The notes: generated by a model not told the origin, from the letters alone. DNA of 64,000 nucleotides from an uncultured Chloroflexia bacterium (GCA_963721545.1 CAVRKB010000010.1:148530-212529), one strand, 5' to 3'; counted from the first letter of the stretch, positions 1-17,093 are shown. Made by a program: numbers and translations.

Positions 1-575
1 CGATGATCGCCAGCGGCGCGTCGAGCAGCTCGGCGAACGTCCGGGCGCGCTTGGCGAACCCGAGGTCGGTCACGACGACCGGGTCCTCGATGTGCTTGTG
101 GCGGCAGTAGTTCGACAGCATGTGGACCGCGGTCAGCTCGTCGACCGGGATGTTGAAGAAGCCCTGGATCTGGCCCTGGTGGAGGTCCATCGTGAGGACC
201 CGGTCGGCGCCGGCGACGGTGATCATGTCGGCGATGAGGCGGGCCGTGATCGGCACGCGCGGCTGGTCCTTCTTGTCGGACCGGCCGTAGGCGTAGAACG
301 GGATGACCGCGGTGATCCGCCCGGCGCTGCGCGCGCTTGAACGCGTCGATCATGATCAGCAGTTCCATGATCGACTGGTTGACCGGGTGGCTCGTCGGCT
401 GGACGAGGAAGACGTCCTTCTCGCGGACGTTCTCGAGGATCTTGACGAAGATGTTCTCGTTGGCGAACTGGAAGACCTCGCGCTTGCCCGGCTCGATGCC
501 GAGGTAGCGGCAGATCTTCCGGGCGAGGCCCGGGTTCGAGTTGCCGTGGTAGATCTCGAACTGGTCCGCGTACAA
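1..575 (-). CDS. prs: Ribose-phosphate pyrophosphokinase (3' end runs off window)
   Basis: Manual translation from TTG at 575 (GGAG RBS upstream): [74 protein letters not shown]. Confidence 0.95.
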   Translation of the reverse strand, partial: MYADQFEIYHGNSNPGLARKICRYLGIEPGKREVFQFANENIFVKILENVREKDVFLVQPTSHPVNQSIMELLIMIDAFKRAQRRADHRGHPVLRLRPVRQEGPAARADHGPPHRRHDHRRRRRPGPHDGPPPGPDPGLLQHPGRRADRGPHAVELLPPQAHRGPGRRDRPRVRQARPDVRRAARRAAGDH

Positions 576-612
576 GCCCGCCGCCTCCCGTCCGCCGAAG
601 CCGAGAACGCCG

Positions 613-3194
<2,582 letters not shown>

Positions 3195-3200
3195 GGTCGG

Positions 3201-4209
3201 TCACTCCTGTCGGATCAGGTGGCGGCGCACGCGTCGGAGGTCACAGCGGCGGCTCGGGATGGGCGGGGATCGGGCAGATCGCCGAAGCGGGCGGCGGTCT
3301 CGGCGCCGCCTCGGAGGTGGCCGGCGCGCCGGGCGCTTGCGGATGCCGGCGAGGCGGTCCGGAGCTCGTCGGCGATCGGCCGGGTCGAGCTTGGACAGCG
3401 AATCGCGGATGACCCAGGCGCGGTGGCCGTCGCCGGTCGTGGCCGCGCGCTCGGTCTCGGCTCGAGGGCCGCCGTCGGTGGCCGGCGCGATCGACCGTCG
3501 TCAGCGAGCGGTAGGCCCAGGACAGCGCCTTCTGGACGTCCGGCTCGGCGTCGCCGATCAGCTGGCCGAGCAGCGGCAGGGCGGCGGCCGCGACTCGGGA
3601 TCGCGGCCGCGCCGCCGCTCGCCATGCGGTCATCGTGGCGATCGTCGAGCCGACGAGCCGCCGCTCCCAGCGCGACGGGCTGTAGACGAGCTGCTCGAGC
3701 TCGGCCCAGCGGTAGGGCTCGGCGGGCGATGCCCTTGCCGTACGGATGCGCCAGCGAATCGACCGTGATCCAGTCGCCCGCCTCGCGCGCGGCCCGGCGG
3801 AGGAGCTGCCAGGTCCGCTCGGTCTCGGCTGTCCAGCGTCCGCTCGAGGAGCCCGAACGCGAACCAGCGCGGCTCGAGCTCGGGCTCGCGGAACAGGCGA
3901 TCGGCGAGGAACAGCAGCGGCGTCGCCCGATCGCCGCGCGTCGCGTTGCGAAAGCCGCGCTGCACGGCGGCCAGCAGCGGCCAGCGAACGCCGTGGACGT
4001 CCCCGATGCCGGGCGCCACGCGTTGTTGGCCGTCGAGGTAGTCCGGATCGGCCAGCCCGGCGAGGCCGCGCGGTCAGGGCGCTCGCGAACGCGTCGGGGT
4101 CGTTGGACAGGTCGGCGAGCGATTCGCCGAGCGCCTCGGCGGCGTCCCGATGGGCGGCGACGAACCCGACGGCCCGCGCGGTGACCTCGCTGCCGGCTCG
4201 GCGCCGTCA

Positions 4210-4210
<1 letters not shown>
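3201..4210 (-). CDS. DNA alkylation repair protein (AlkD-like HEAT repeat), frameshifted
   Basis: Fragments GVRWPLL, DWITVDSLA, RWERRLVG, LIGDAEPDVQKALSWAYR match AlkD-family helical repeats. Confidence 0.7.
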
Positions 4211-7538
<3,328 letters not shown>

Positions 7539-7542
<4 letters not shown>

Positions 7543-8346
7543 GAGACCGCCCTCGCACCAGCCAGATCCGCGTCCTCCGACTCGTCTGCGCGGGCTTGCA
7601 GCTCGGCGGCGAGCGCGGCGTAGGCGATGGCGCCCGTCGAATCCGGTGCGTAGCGAGGGATCGGCAGACCGTGGCTCGGCGCCTCGGCCAACCGGATGCT
7701 GCGCGGGATGACCGTCTTGTAGCACGCGCTCACCGAGATAGCGCCGCGTCTCCTGGGCGACGTCCGCGGACAGCTTGGTTCGGCCGTCGTACATCGTCAG
7801 GACGACGCCGTTGATCGCCAGATCGGGGTTGAGGTGATCGCGAATGAGCTCGAGTGTGGCCAGCAGCTGGGTCAGTCCTTCCAGGGCGTAGTACTCGCAT
7901 TGCAACGGGATGAGCACGGAATCGGCGGCGGTCAGGGCATTGACGGTCAACAGCCCGAGCGACGGCGGACAATCGACCAGGATGTAGTCGTAGTCGGCGG
8001 TCACGCCGCCGAGCAATCGCTTGAGGCGGCGCTCCCGGCCCTCGACGGGCGCAAGCTCGACCTCGGCGCCGGCGAGCTCGATTGCCGACGGCACCACGTC
8101 GAGACCCTCGTGCGGACCCGCCACGATCAACTCGTCGATCGGCACGCCATCCACGATGGCGTTGTAGATCGAGCGCTCGATGATCGAGCGATTGAGGCCG
8201 AGGCCGCTGGTGGCGTTGCCCTGGGGGTCGAGGTCGACGACGAGAACGCGCTCACCCGAGAGGGCGAGGTAGCTCCCGAGGTTCACGACCGTCGTGGTCT
8301 TCCCGACGCCGCCCTTTTGGTTCGCGCAGGCGATCGTCCGGCCCAC
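7539..8346 (-). CDS. parA: ParA/Soj ATPase (frameshift near 3' end)
   Basis: NQKGGVGKTTT, DLDPQGNAT, DCPPSLG, QCEYYALEG, IPRSIRLAEAPSHG. Confidence 0.95.
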
Positions 8347-8476
8347 TCAGGGCTCCGTTCGGGGTTGTCTCACGATGCTTGATTCTACCATCGACGGCCT
8401 CCGGCTCGGGGTTGTCGGTGCCGAAAGACTGATCGAGAGCGATCAATCCGTGCGTAGCTGCGAATTGTGCCAGCGC

Positions 8477-8492
8477 TGTTTCACGTGAAACG
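8477..8492. promoter_or_regulatory. parS centromere-like site 1 (TGTTTCACGTGAAACG)
   Basis: 15/16 match to the consensus TGTTTCACGTGAAACA, ~130 bp upstream of parA. Confidence 0.92.
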
Positions 8493-8653
8493 AGCGTTTG
8501 AGCGACGGGACGAGGGTGCGGATCGTGCTCGTGGCGCCCTCGTTGCGTGGCGTAGCGGCCGTAGGTCCCGGGTGGCCCAGCGTGCCTCGACGATGGCCTG
8601 CGTTCCAAGTCGCGACCAGTCCAGCGACAGCCCAACGGGCGCCAGGCACGCTT

Positions 8654-8669
8654 CGTTTCACGTGAAACG
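8654..8669. promoter_or_regulatory. parS site 2 (CGTTTCACGTGAAACG)
   Basis: Perfect 16-bp palindrome with the 14-bp parS core. Confidence 0.92.
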
Positions 8670-8826
8670 TCCCGATCGACCCATGACGAACGGACTGTCG
8701 CAGTTCGTTGCCCGGAACCGACGGTCGTGGGATACTGCGCCGGAGGTCGCCGCCGTCCGACCGGACCCGAAGGACCGTGCGGGCGGGCACGACCTTAGGC
8801 CAGTTCGCCGAGGATCGACTCGCTCC

Positions 8827-9327
8827 ATGACGCTGCTCCTCGCCGCGGTCGGTGCGACGCTGACGGCCTTGCTTGAACTGTCCGTGGGCCCGTATCTGCG
8901 GGTCGGAACGGCGCAACCGCATCTCGTCCTCGTTGTCGGGATCGTCGTCACGGTCGCGCTCGGCCTCGAGGCAGGCCTCGTCTGGGCCTTCGTTGGAGGC
9001 CTCGCACTCGATGTACTCGTACCACGTCCGCTGGGGTCGACAGCGTTCGCGCTGCTCCTGTGCATGGGAGCGACCGCGGTCCTTGCCCGGTATTTCGTCC
9101 GCTTCCGCCTGCTCGTACCAATCCTCGCAACCCTGCTCTTGAGTCTGGTCTTCTCGATGATCCTGTTGGTCGCCTTCAACGCCCTCCGGACCCCGATCCA
9201 GGTCGAGGATCCGGTCGCCCTGTTCCTGCCGGGCGTGGTCTACAACACCATCCTTGCCGCGGTGATCGGCCCGCTGGCGATCTCGATCCATGATCGTCGG
9301 GCCGAGGCCGAACGGATGGACTGGTGA
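8827..9327 (+). CDS. mreD: Rod shape-determining protein MreD
   Basis: Hydrophobic ~166 aa, QPHLVLV..GLVWAFVGGLALDVL..PLGSTA; overlaps the PBP2 start. Confidence 0.85.
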   Translation: MTLLLAAVGATLTALLELSVGPYLRVGTAQPHLVLVVGIVVTVALGLEAGLVWAFVGGLALDVLVPRPLGSTAFALLLCMGATAVLARYFVRFRLLVPILATLLLSLVFSMILLVAFNALRTPIQVEDPVALFLPGVVYNTILAAVIGPLAISIHDRRAEAERMDW

Positions 9328-11225
9328 CCGCGTTCCTCGACGAGCGGCCGAAACCGGTCCGCAGCCTCTCCCGGTTCCTCACCTTCGCCCTCATCGCGGT
9401 CATCGGGATCAGCGGCCTCACCGCTCGGCTGTTCTACCTCCAGATCGTCGACGGTGGACGGCTGGCGACGCTGGCCACGCGAAACCGCACCGTCCTCGAG
9501 CCGATCGTCGCTCCGCGCGGCGTCATCTATGACCGCAACGGACGCCCGCTCGTGGCCAACGTTCCGACGTTCGTGGTCAAGCTTCGTCCTGCCGACCTGC
9601 CGCTGGCCGAACGACCGGTCGTGGTGGACCGGCTCGCGGCGTTATTGCGCATGCCCGTCCCCGACATCAACGCCGCGATCGACGGCAACCCCGGGTCCAC
9701 GTTCGACCTCGTCCGAATCGCGAGTGACGTCGACGAGATGACCGCCCGGCTCATCGCCGAGGCCGGCTACGAGCTGCCCGGCGTGGAGGTCGTGATCGAG
9801 GCCCGTCGCCAGTACACCGACGGGCCGCTGCTGTCGCAGATCCTCGGATACACCGGTCCGGTGTCCGGTGAGCAGCTCTCCGAGCTCAAGAACGTGGGGT
9901 ACCTGCCCGACGATCTCATCGGCAAGGCGGGCATCGAGTCGGTCTACGAGAGCGCGCTCCGTGGCGTCTATGGCAGCGAGAGCGTCGAGCGCGATGCCCA
10001 GGGCCGGCGCAAGCAGGTCCTCCAGACCATCTCCGGAGCCCAACCGGGCAATTCGCTCACCTTGACGATCGACACGAAGGAGCAGGGGTACGCCCAGAAG
10101 GCGCTCACCTGGGCGATGCGCGAAGTCGGGATGAAGCGCGGCGTGGTCATCGTGATGAACCCCAGACCGGGGAGGTCGTGGCGATGGTCAGCCTCCCGAC
10201 GTACGACAACAACCAGTTCGCCCACGGCATCAACAACGCCGACTACGCCGAAGCTCCTCAACAACCCGGACAAGCCGCTGCTCAACCATGCGATCCAGGC
10301 GCACTACCCGCCGGGCTCGACCTACAAGCTCGTGGCCGGCACCGGCGTGCTCGCCGACAAGAAGATCACCGACCGCACGAAGGTCGCCGACGCGTGGCTA
10401 CCTGACCCTCGGCGGGACGCGGTTCTACGACTGGAACCATCGCGGCTTCGGACCGTGCGACATCTATTGCGGGTTCGGCCACTCGAGCGACACCTTCTTC
10501 TTCCAGATGGCCGGAAAGCTCGGGGCCGATCGGCTCGGCTACTGGGCCAAGCAGTACGGCTTCGGAGCCCCGACCGGCATCGACCTGCCCGAACGAGGTC
10601 GCGGGGATCGTCCCCACGAACCAGTGGAAGCAGTCGACGCTCGGGGCGCCGATGTTCGGCGGCGAGACCTACCAGGCGGGGATCGGGCAGGGCTACGACG
10701 TGGTCACGCCGATCCAGCTGATCAACGCCTACGCGGCCCTGGCCAACGGCGGGACCGTCTATCAGCCGCAGCTCGTCCGCGAGATTCGGGGTCCCGACGG
10801 CTCGGTCGTCCAGCCGTTCCAGAAGAAGGTCCTGCGCAAGATGAAGGTGCCGGCGAGCACGCTCAAGATCATGCGCAATGCCGCCCGGAGCACGGTCCTC
10901 CTGCGCCACACGTACAACCTCGTCGACCTGCCGATCAAGGTCGCCGGCAAGTCCGGAACCGCCGAATTCGGGACGCGCGACAGGCAGGGGCCGCCTGCCC
11001 TTCCACTCGTGGTTCGTCGGCTTCGTGCCCGGTGACCCGCGGCACGGCTCCTTCAACGACACCGACTCGCAGCTCATCGTGCTCGCCTTCGCCTACGACT
11101 CGCGGACGAAGGGCAACGTCGCGACCGAGATCGTGAAGTACTACATGCAGCTCCACTTCGGGATCAAGAAGGATTACCGGCTGCCGGACCTTCTCAAGCG
11201 CGGCAACTTCTACCAGAGCAACTGA
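9324..11225 (+). CDS. mrdA: Penicillin-binding protein 2, frameshifted
   Basis: N-terminal TM, APRGVIYDRNG, GKAGIE, PPGSTYK (SxxK), SSD, AGKSGTAE. Confidence 0.93.
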
Positions 11226-12385
11226 TGGGCGTCATCCGAGCCGAGCCCGCACGCGTCACCGACTGGGCGGCCAAGTCGGTCGGAGCCGCATGGCGCGCGT
11301 TCGACCTGCAGCTGACCACGTATGCCGCACTGCTCGTCGCGATCGGCCTGGTGATGGCCTACACCAACAGCGTCGAGGCCGGGACGGTGCCGCTCGAGGC
11401 GGGCACGACGTTCAGCCGCGGGCTGATGTGGGCGGCCATCGCCGTCACCGTGTTCATCACCGCGACCGTCTTCGACTATCGCTGGCTGAAGACGCTGGCC
11501 TGGCCGATCTACGGCCTCCAGCTCGGCCTGCTGGTCCTGACGCTGGCGATCGGCAGCGGCGTTGGCGGATCGGCCCGTTGGGTGTCGATCGGGCCGCTGA
11601 CCTTCCAGTTCAGCGAGATCGCCAAGATCCTGATGATCATCGTCCTGGCCAGCTACCTGGCGGCCCGCGGCGGCAGGCTCGACTCGCTGGCCTCGATCGT
11701 CGGAGCCTGCCTGCTCGTCGGTCCGCCGTTGCTGCTGGTCATGCTCCAGCCGGACCTCGGCACGTCCCTCGTGTTCGGGGCGATCCTCGCCGGCATGCTC
11801 TGGATGTCGGGCGCCAGCCTCCGCTGGCTGGCCCTCCTGGCCGTCGGCGTCGTCGCGATGGTCCCGGTCGCGTGGACGTACCTGCTACGCGACTACCAGA
11901 AGCAGCGCCTGACCGCATTCATGGATTCCAATCCCGATATCCAGGGCGCCGGCTACCAGCTCCACCAGGCCCAGATCGCGGTCGGATCGGGCGGGCTCGT
12001 CGGCAAGGGCCTGACCAACGGAAGCCAGACCCAGGGAGACCTCCTGCCGGTCCAGGCCACCGACTTCGTGTTCGCGACGCTCGCCGAGGAGCTGGGATTC
12101 ATCGGTGGCGTCGTCCTGTTCGTGCTGTTCATCCTGCTGCTGTGGCGCGTCCTCGTCGCGGGGTGGCGCTCGCGCGACGTGTTCGGGACGCTGTTCGCGG
12201 CCGGCGTGGCGTCGATGATCCTGTTCCAGCTGATCGTGAACATCGGGATGGTCCTCGGGGTCATGCCGATCACCGGCATTCCGCTGCCGTTCGTGACCCA
12301 CGGCGGCGCCTCGCTCGTGAGCATGGCCGCCGGCCTCGGGATCCTGCAGAGCATCAACATCAGACAGACAAAGGCCGCCTGGTGA
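11225..12385 (+). CDS. rodA: SEDS peptidoglycan polymerase RodA
   Basis: GSARW, FQFSEIAK, QPDLGT, GYQLHQAQIAVGSGG, TDFVFATLAEELGF, PITGIPLPF. Confidence 0.93.
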   Translation: MGVIRAEPARVTDWAAKSVGAAWRAFDLQLTTYAALLVAIGLVMAYTNSVEAGTVPLEAGTTFSRGLMWAAIAVTVFITATVFDYRWLKTLAWPIYGLQLGLLVLTLAIGSGVGGSARWVSIGPLTFQFSEIAKILMIIVLASYLAARGGRLDSLASIVGACLLVGPPLLLVMLQPDLGTSLVFGAILAGMLWMSGASLRWLALLAVGVVAMVPVAWTYLLRDYQKQRLTAFMDSNPDIQGAGYQLHQAQIAVGSGGLVGKGLTNGSQTQGDLLPVQATDFVFATLAEELGFIGGVVLFVLFILLLWRVLVAGWRSRDVFGTLFAAGVASMILFQLIVNIGMVLGVMPITGIPLPFVTHGGASLVSMAAGLGILQSINIRQTKAAW

Positions 12386-12414
12386 CGGCGACGCGACGAC
12401 GGCTAGACTCGGCC

Positions 12415-13023
12415 ATGGACAGCCCGCTGGGGATCGTCGCGATCCGCAGACGAGTCGGGGGACGCGAGCCGATCGGCCATGCGTCGTCGGTGGTGGCGGC
12501 CGACGACGAGCGGAGCGGGTGAGCGGGCGATTCGTCTGCCCGGCATACGTCGGTCTCGGTCTGCGTCAGCTGCTCGGGATCGAGCCGCTGATCGTCCAGC
12601 GCGACGACGAACTGCTGGTCGTCATGCGCCGGGCGGCGGCCCGGCCGGAGACCCGCCTGATCGGCGTCGTCGACGACCGGGCATGCTCGTCGGCGTCCTG
12701 CCGATCCTCCGGCTCGCCGAGGCCGTCATCGGCCGGGTCGTACCCGAGGCGCTCGCTGACCGATATCGCCGACGCGGACGACGTCGCGCGGTTCGGCCAC
12801 GCGATCGAGGCACATGACGGCCGGCGACGCCATGATCGGACCGGCCGTGATCAGCCCGGAGGCGACGATCGACGAGGCGTTCCGGGTCATGCACGCACGC
12901 CACCTGTCCGGGCTGTACGTGGTCGATGCCGCCGGCCGGCCGACCGGATACCTGGACCTGCTCGAGCTGGCGATGCCGTACGTCGAGGCGCTCGAGGCCG
13001 ACTCGCCACCGAAGTCGACCTAG
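12415..13023 (+). CDS. CBS domain protein (start uncertain: 12415 or 12519), frameshifted
   Basis: Two CBS-like segments: VVDDRGMLVGVL and ISPEATIDEAFRVM..LYVVDAAGRPTGYL. Confidence 0.75.
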
Positions 13024-13029
13024 ACGGTC

Positions 13030-14311
13030 GTGGACCAGGCCCTGGCGCTGACGCGCGCTCGATCTTCGTCGTCACCTACGGGTTGATCGCGACCGAGCGG
13101 ATCGACAAGACGATCGCGGCCCTCCTCGGCGGCACGGTGGTCGTGGTCGTCGGGATCATCGACCAGGAGGAGGCGTTCGGCGCCATCGACCTCAACGTCA
13201 TCTTCCTGCTGGCCGGGATGATGATGCTGGCGGCGATCCTCCGACGGAACGGGCTTCTTCCAGTGGCTGGCGATCCGGTCCGCGAAGCTCGCCGGCGGTG
13301 AGCCGTTCCGCCTGCTGATCGTCCTCTGCATCGTGTGCGCAGTGCTGTCAGCCTTCCTCGACAACGTCACGACGGTCGTCCTGCTGGCACCGGTCACGCT
13401 CTACCTCGCGCCGCGTCCTGCGGGTGTCGCCGGTGCCCTTCCTGATCAGCGCAGATCCTCGCCTCGAATATCGGCGGCACGGCCACCTGATCGGCGATCC
13501 GCCGAACATCCTGATCGGGTCGGCCGCCGGCCTCGGCTTCCTCGAGTTCCTGGCCAACATGGGTCCGATCGCCCTGGCGATCCTGGTCGTGTTCATCCTG
13601 GGGACGCGCGGTGCTGTTCGCGGCGCGACATGGACGTCCACGAAGACGTGCGCGACGCCGTCCTGGCGCTCGACGAAGCGCGAGGTCCTCACCGATCTCC
13701 GCCTGCTGCGGCTCAGCCTCGTGGTCATCGGCGCGACCATCGTCGGGTTCATCGCTGGCGACCCCGCTGGGCCTCGAGGCCGGGACCATCGCGCTGCTCG
13801 GCGCCGCCATCCTGCTGCTGCTGTCGGGTCTCGAGGTCGAATCGGTCCTGCGCGAGGTCGAATGGCCGACCCTGTTCTTCTTCGTCGGCCTGTTCATGCT
13901 GGTCGAGGCCGTCGTCCACGTCGGGCATCATCGACAGCCTCGCCGATGCCCTAATCGACCTGACCGGCGGCGACGCTGACGGTTACCACGATCGGCTTGC
14001 TGTGGCTATCCGGGGTCGCGTCGGCGATCATCGACAACATCCCGTACACGGCGACGATGATCCCGGTCGTCCAGCAGATGGGCGCAGCCGGCCTGCCGAT
14101 CGAGCCGTTGTGGTGGTCGCTGGCGCTGGGAGCCTGCCTGGGCGGGAACGCGACGATCGTCGGCGCGTCGGCGAACGTCGTCGTCGCAACATGGCGCGGG
14201 CGAGCCGGCCACCCGATCAGGTTCATGGCGTTCCTGCGCTACGGGCTCCTCGTCGCCGTGGTTTCGCTGGTGATGTCGTCGGTGTACCTGTACTGGCGGT
14301 ACCTGACCTGA
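13030..14311 (+). CDS. ArsB/NhaD (SLC13-like) ion transporter, frameshifted
   Basis: IDLNVIFLLAGMM, SAFLDNVTTV, LIGDPPNILIG, EWPTLFFFVGLF, SAIIDNIPY, LGACLGGNATIVGASAN. Confidence 0.9.
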
Positions 14312-14352
14312 GGCGCGGACACCCGCTACGCGTTGGCTCCGCGAGCGTCCGG

Positions 14353-15027
14353 CTAGCGCCGGCGGTAGAGCCCGTGCCGGTCCGACGCCTCGGTGGCGGC
14401 CGATCGTCGTCGGCCCGAGGTCCGCAGGAGGTCGTCGATCTCCTGGCGATAGTTGCGCCCGATCGGTGCCCGGTCGAGCCATTCGATGTACTCGAGGTCG
14501 TGCCGCGCGACCTCACCGAGGGACCAGCCCGCATAGCGCCCGAAGTTGAGGACCGTCCCGGACGGGCGCCCGGGCGGCGGCCCCGCGGCCCCGTGCCCCT
14601 CGGCCTTGCGCATCGAGTCGTCGTATCCGCTGCCCTCCGAGGACCGACCCGAGGTCCAGTCGGGCGAGACGACGTCGGGCGGTGGCTGGGGCGGCGCAGC
14701 GGCGGGCCCCGCCTTCGAGGTCGATCCGCGCGGCGGGGTGGACGGCCGGCTCGCGGACGGCGCTGCGCCCGTGGGCGTGCTCGACGCCGGGTTCGCCGCC
14801 GCCGCCGCCTCAGTGGCGCGGCCGCGGTCGAACGCCTGCCGCGCGGCCGGATCGCCGATGAGCTCCCACGCGGCGTTGATCGCCGACATGCGTGCCGCGG
14901 CCTCGTCGGTCGCCGCCAGGTCGGGGTGGTACTTGCGCGCGAGCCGGCGGTAGGCGGCCTGGATGACCTCGTCCTCGGCCTCCGAGTCGACCTGGAGGAT
15001 CTTGTAGGGATCGATCCGGTCAGCCAT
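14353..15027 (-). CDS. J-domain protein with Pro/Ala linker and C-terminal FGRYxG..YIEWL domain
   Basis: DPYKILQV..AYRRLARKYHPD..AINAAWELIGDP (HPD motif). Confidence 0.88.
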   Translation of the reverse strand: MADRIDPYKILQVDSEAEDEVIQAAYRRLARKYHPDLAATDEAAARMSAINAAWELIGDPAARQAFDRGRATEAAAAANPASSTPTGAAPSASRPSTPPRGSTSKAGPAAAPPQPPPDVVSPDWTSGRSSEGSGYDDSMRKAEGHGAAGPPPGRPSGTVLNFGRYAGWSLGEVARHDLEYIEWLDRAPIGRNYRQEIDDLLRTSGRRRSAATEASDRHGLYRRR

Positions 15028-16258
15028 CGCCGGGTCCCATCCCGATCGGCGTCAACGATGCGGCTAGGGCGGCCGGCTCGTCGGGGCTGAGCCGCCGGAA
15101 CAGGTAGCGCACGACGTCGCGGAAGGCGGCCGTGACCGGCAACGCCAGGATGGCTCCGAGCAGGCCGGCCAGCGAGCCGCCGATGATGATCGCGAACACG
15201 ACGGCGGCCGGATGGAGCTGGACTGCGTCGCCCTGGATCTTGGGCACGAGGAAGTTGTTCTCGACCTGCTGGACGAGGAAGTACAGGATCAGGGCCGCGA
15301 GCACGGCGGCCGGGCTGACCGTGGCCGCGAGCAGCACGGCCGGCACCGCCGAGATGATCGGGCCGATGATCGGGACGAGCTCGAGCAGCCCGGCGATGAC
15401 CGACAGCAGGACGGCGTAGCGCCCGAAGATCGGGAAGAACTGGCTGAGCACGATCAGGCCGACGAACGTCGCGATCCCGACCGCGAACCCGAGCAGGATC
15501 TGGCCCCGCACCCACTGGCCGAAGTCGCGCTCGACCGTCTTGATCACGGCCCACGTGTCGAACCGCCACGTCTCGGGCAGCCCCTTGTCGAACGTCGCGA
15601 CGAGGGTCGTCTTGTCCTTGAGGATGTAGGCGACCCAGACCGGCAGGATGAAGTAGGCGAACACGGCGCCGAGGAGGCTGCCGGCACCGGTGATCAGCGG
15701 CAGCAGCACGGACAGGTCGGCGCCGCCGCCGCCCGCGCCGCCCTGCCCGATTCCGGCCAGCATGCTGTCGATCCAGTCGCGGATCGCCACCGGGATCTCG
15801 AGCCGCTGGTAGAACTCGCCAAGGCGGCGGAGCTGCTCGTCGAGCTGTGCGGCGAGGACCGGGAAGTCCTCGACGAAGCGCACGAGCTCGTTGACCAGGG
15901 GCGTCAGCGTGAGGGCAAGGAACTCGATCAGCAGGACGATCCCGACCACGTACACCACGAGGATCGCGAAGAGCCGGGGAAGGCCGCGACGGACGAGCCA
16001 GCGGACCGGCGGGTCGAGCAGGTAGACGAACAGCAGCCCGAGGATGAACGGGCGGATGCTGTCGCGCGCCATCCACAGGACCAGGCCGGCCACGATCCCC
16101 GCGACGATCAGGACCGCGAGACGCGGTGACAGCGGGACGAAGCGCGAATCCGTCGGCCCGGCCAGGGCGTTGACGAACGGCGGGGGCGGAAGCGACGCCG
16201 ACCAGCGGGCCAGCGGGTCGGGATGACCCTCAGCGACCGACGGCGCGGGCTCGTCCAT
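15020..16258 (-). CDS. AI-2E (PerM/TqsA) family transporter
   Basis: YLLDPPVRWL, WVRGQ, LELVPIIGP, QQVENNFLVPKI, LHP..GLLGAILALP. Confidence 0.9.
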   Translation of the reverse strand: MDEPAPSVAEGHPDPLARWSASLPPPPFVNALAGPTDSRFVPLSPRLAVLIVAGIVAGLVLWMARDSIRPFILGLLFVYLLDPPVRWLVRRGLPRLFAILVVYVVGIVLLIEFLALTLTPLVNELVRFVEDFPVLAAQLDEQLRRLGEFYQRLEIPVAIRDWIDSMLAGIGQGGAGGGGADLSVLLPLITGAGSLLGAVFAYFILPVWVAYILKDKTTLVATFDKGLPETWRFDTWAVIKTVERDFGQWVRGQILLGFAVGIATFVGLIVLSQFFPIFGRYAVLLSVIAGLLELVPIIGPIISAVPAVLLAATVSPAAVLAALILYFLVQQVENNFLVPKIQGDAVQLHPAAVVFAIIIGGSLAGLLGAILALPVTAAFRDVVRYLFRRLSPDEPAALAASLTPIGMGPGDG

Positions 16259-16278
16259 GGTGCCGCAGACTACCAGAC

Positions 16279-17093
16279 GTGGAACGGCCCTCCGAACCAG
16301 GCCCGGGGACGATCGCCGGCGGCGGGCCGGGCGACTCGCTGACGGCCGTCGCGCCGGCGGCCGGCACGACCGATGCGCCGGCACCCGCGACGGCCTCGGT
16401 CGCGCGACAGCGCTGGCGGCTCGTGCTCGCGCGTGACGCCGGGCCCGGAGGCCGTCACCGGGCGCGAGCTGGCCGTGGCGTGGGACGACGCGATCGAGGA
16501 GACCGGGCTGCCCGTCCACCGGCCGGCCGGTCGGAGCCGGGCGCGCATCGCCTTCGGGGCGCCGGTGCCGGCCGCCATGGCCCTCGAGCGCGAGCTGGCC
16601 GACCTCGTCCTCACCGAGTTCGTCCCGCGCTGGCGAGTGCGCGAGGCGCTCGACGGCCGGTTGCCCGACGGCTGGCGGCTGGTCGACCTGTACGACGTGT
16701 GGCCCGGCGCCCCGGCACTCGCCGGCCAGGTCGTCGCAGCCGACTACCGGTTCGAGCTCGACGGCCAGGACCCCGATGCCGTCGCGAAGGCTGCAGCCGG
16801 CCTGCTGGCCTCCGACCACCTGCCGCGCGAACGGCGGAAGGGAACTGACACCGTCGAGTACGACCTTCGGCCGCTGCTCGCGGACGTGGCGATCAGTTCG
16901 GCCGGCCCACCGGTCGTCGTCCGGGCACGGACACGCTTCGACCCGGTCCTCGGCACCGGCCGCCCGGAGGAGGTGGTCGCCGCCCTCGGCGACCGGCTCG
17001 GCGGTCGCCCTGGAGCCACGTTCGATCGTCCGGGAGCGCGTCCTCCTCGCCGATGACGATCTCGAGAAGGGCCGCGATCCAGCGCTCGATTGA
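16279..17093 (+). CDS. DUF2344 / TIGR03936 radical-SAM-associated protein, frameshifted
   Basis: QRWRL..AWDDAIEETGLPV..RIAFGAPVP..ERELADL..YDLRPLL..GRPEEVV. Confidence 0.75.

Noticed and set aside
8347-8826. oriC in the parA-mreD gap
   Set aside because: No TTATCCACA-like DnaA boxes or AT-rich unwinding element seen, and no dnaA in the window
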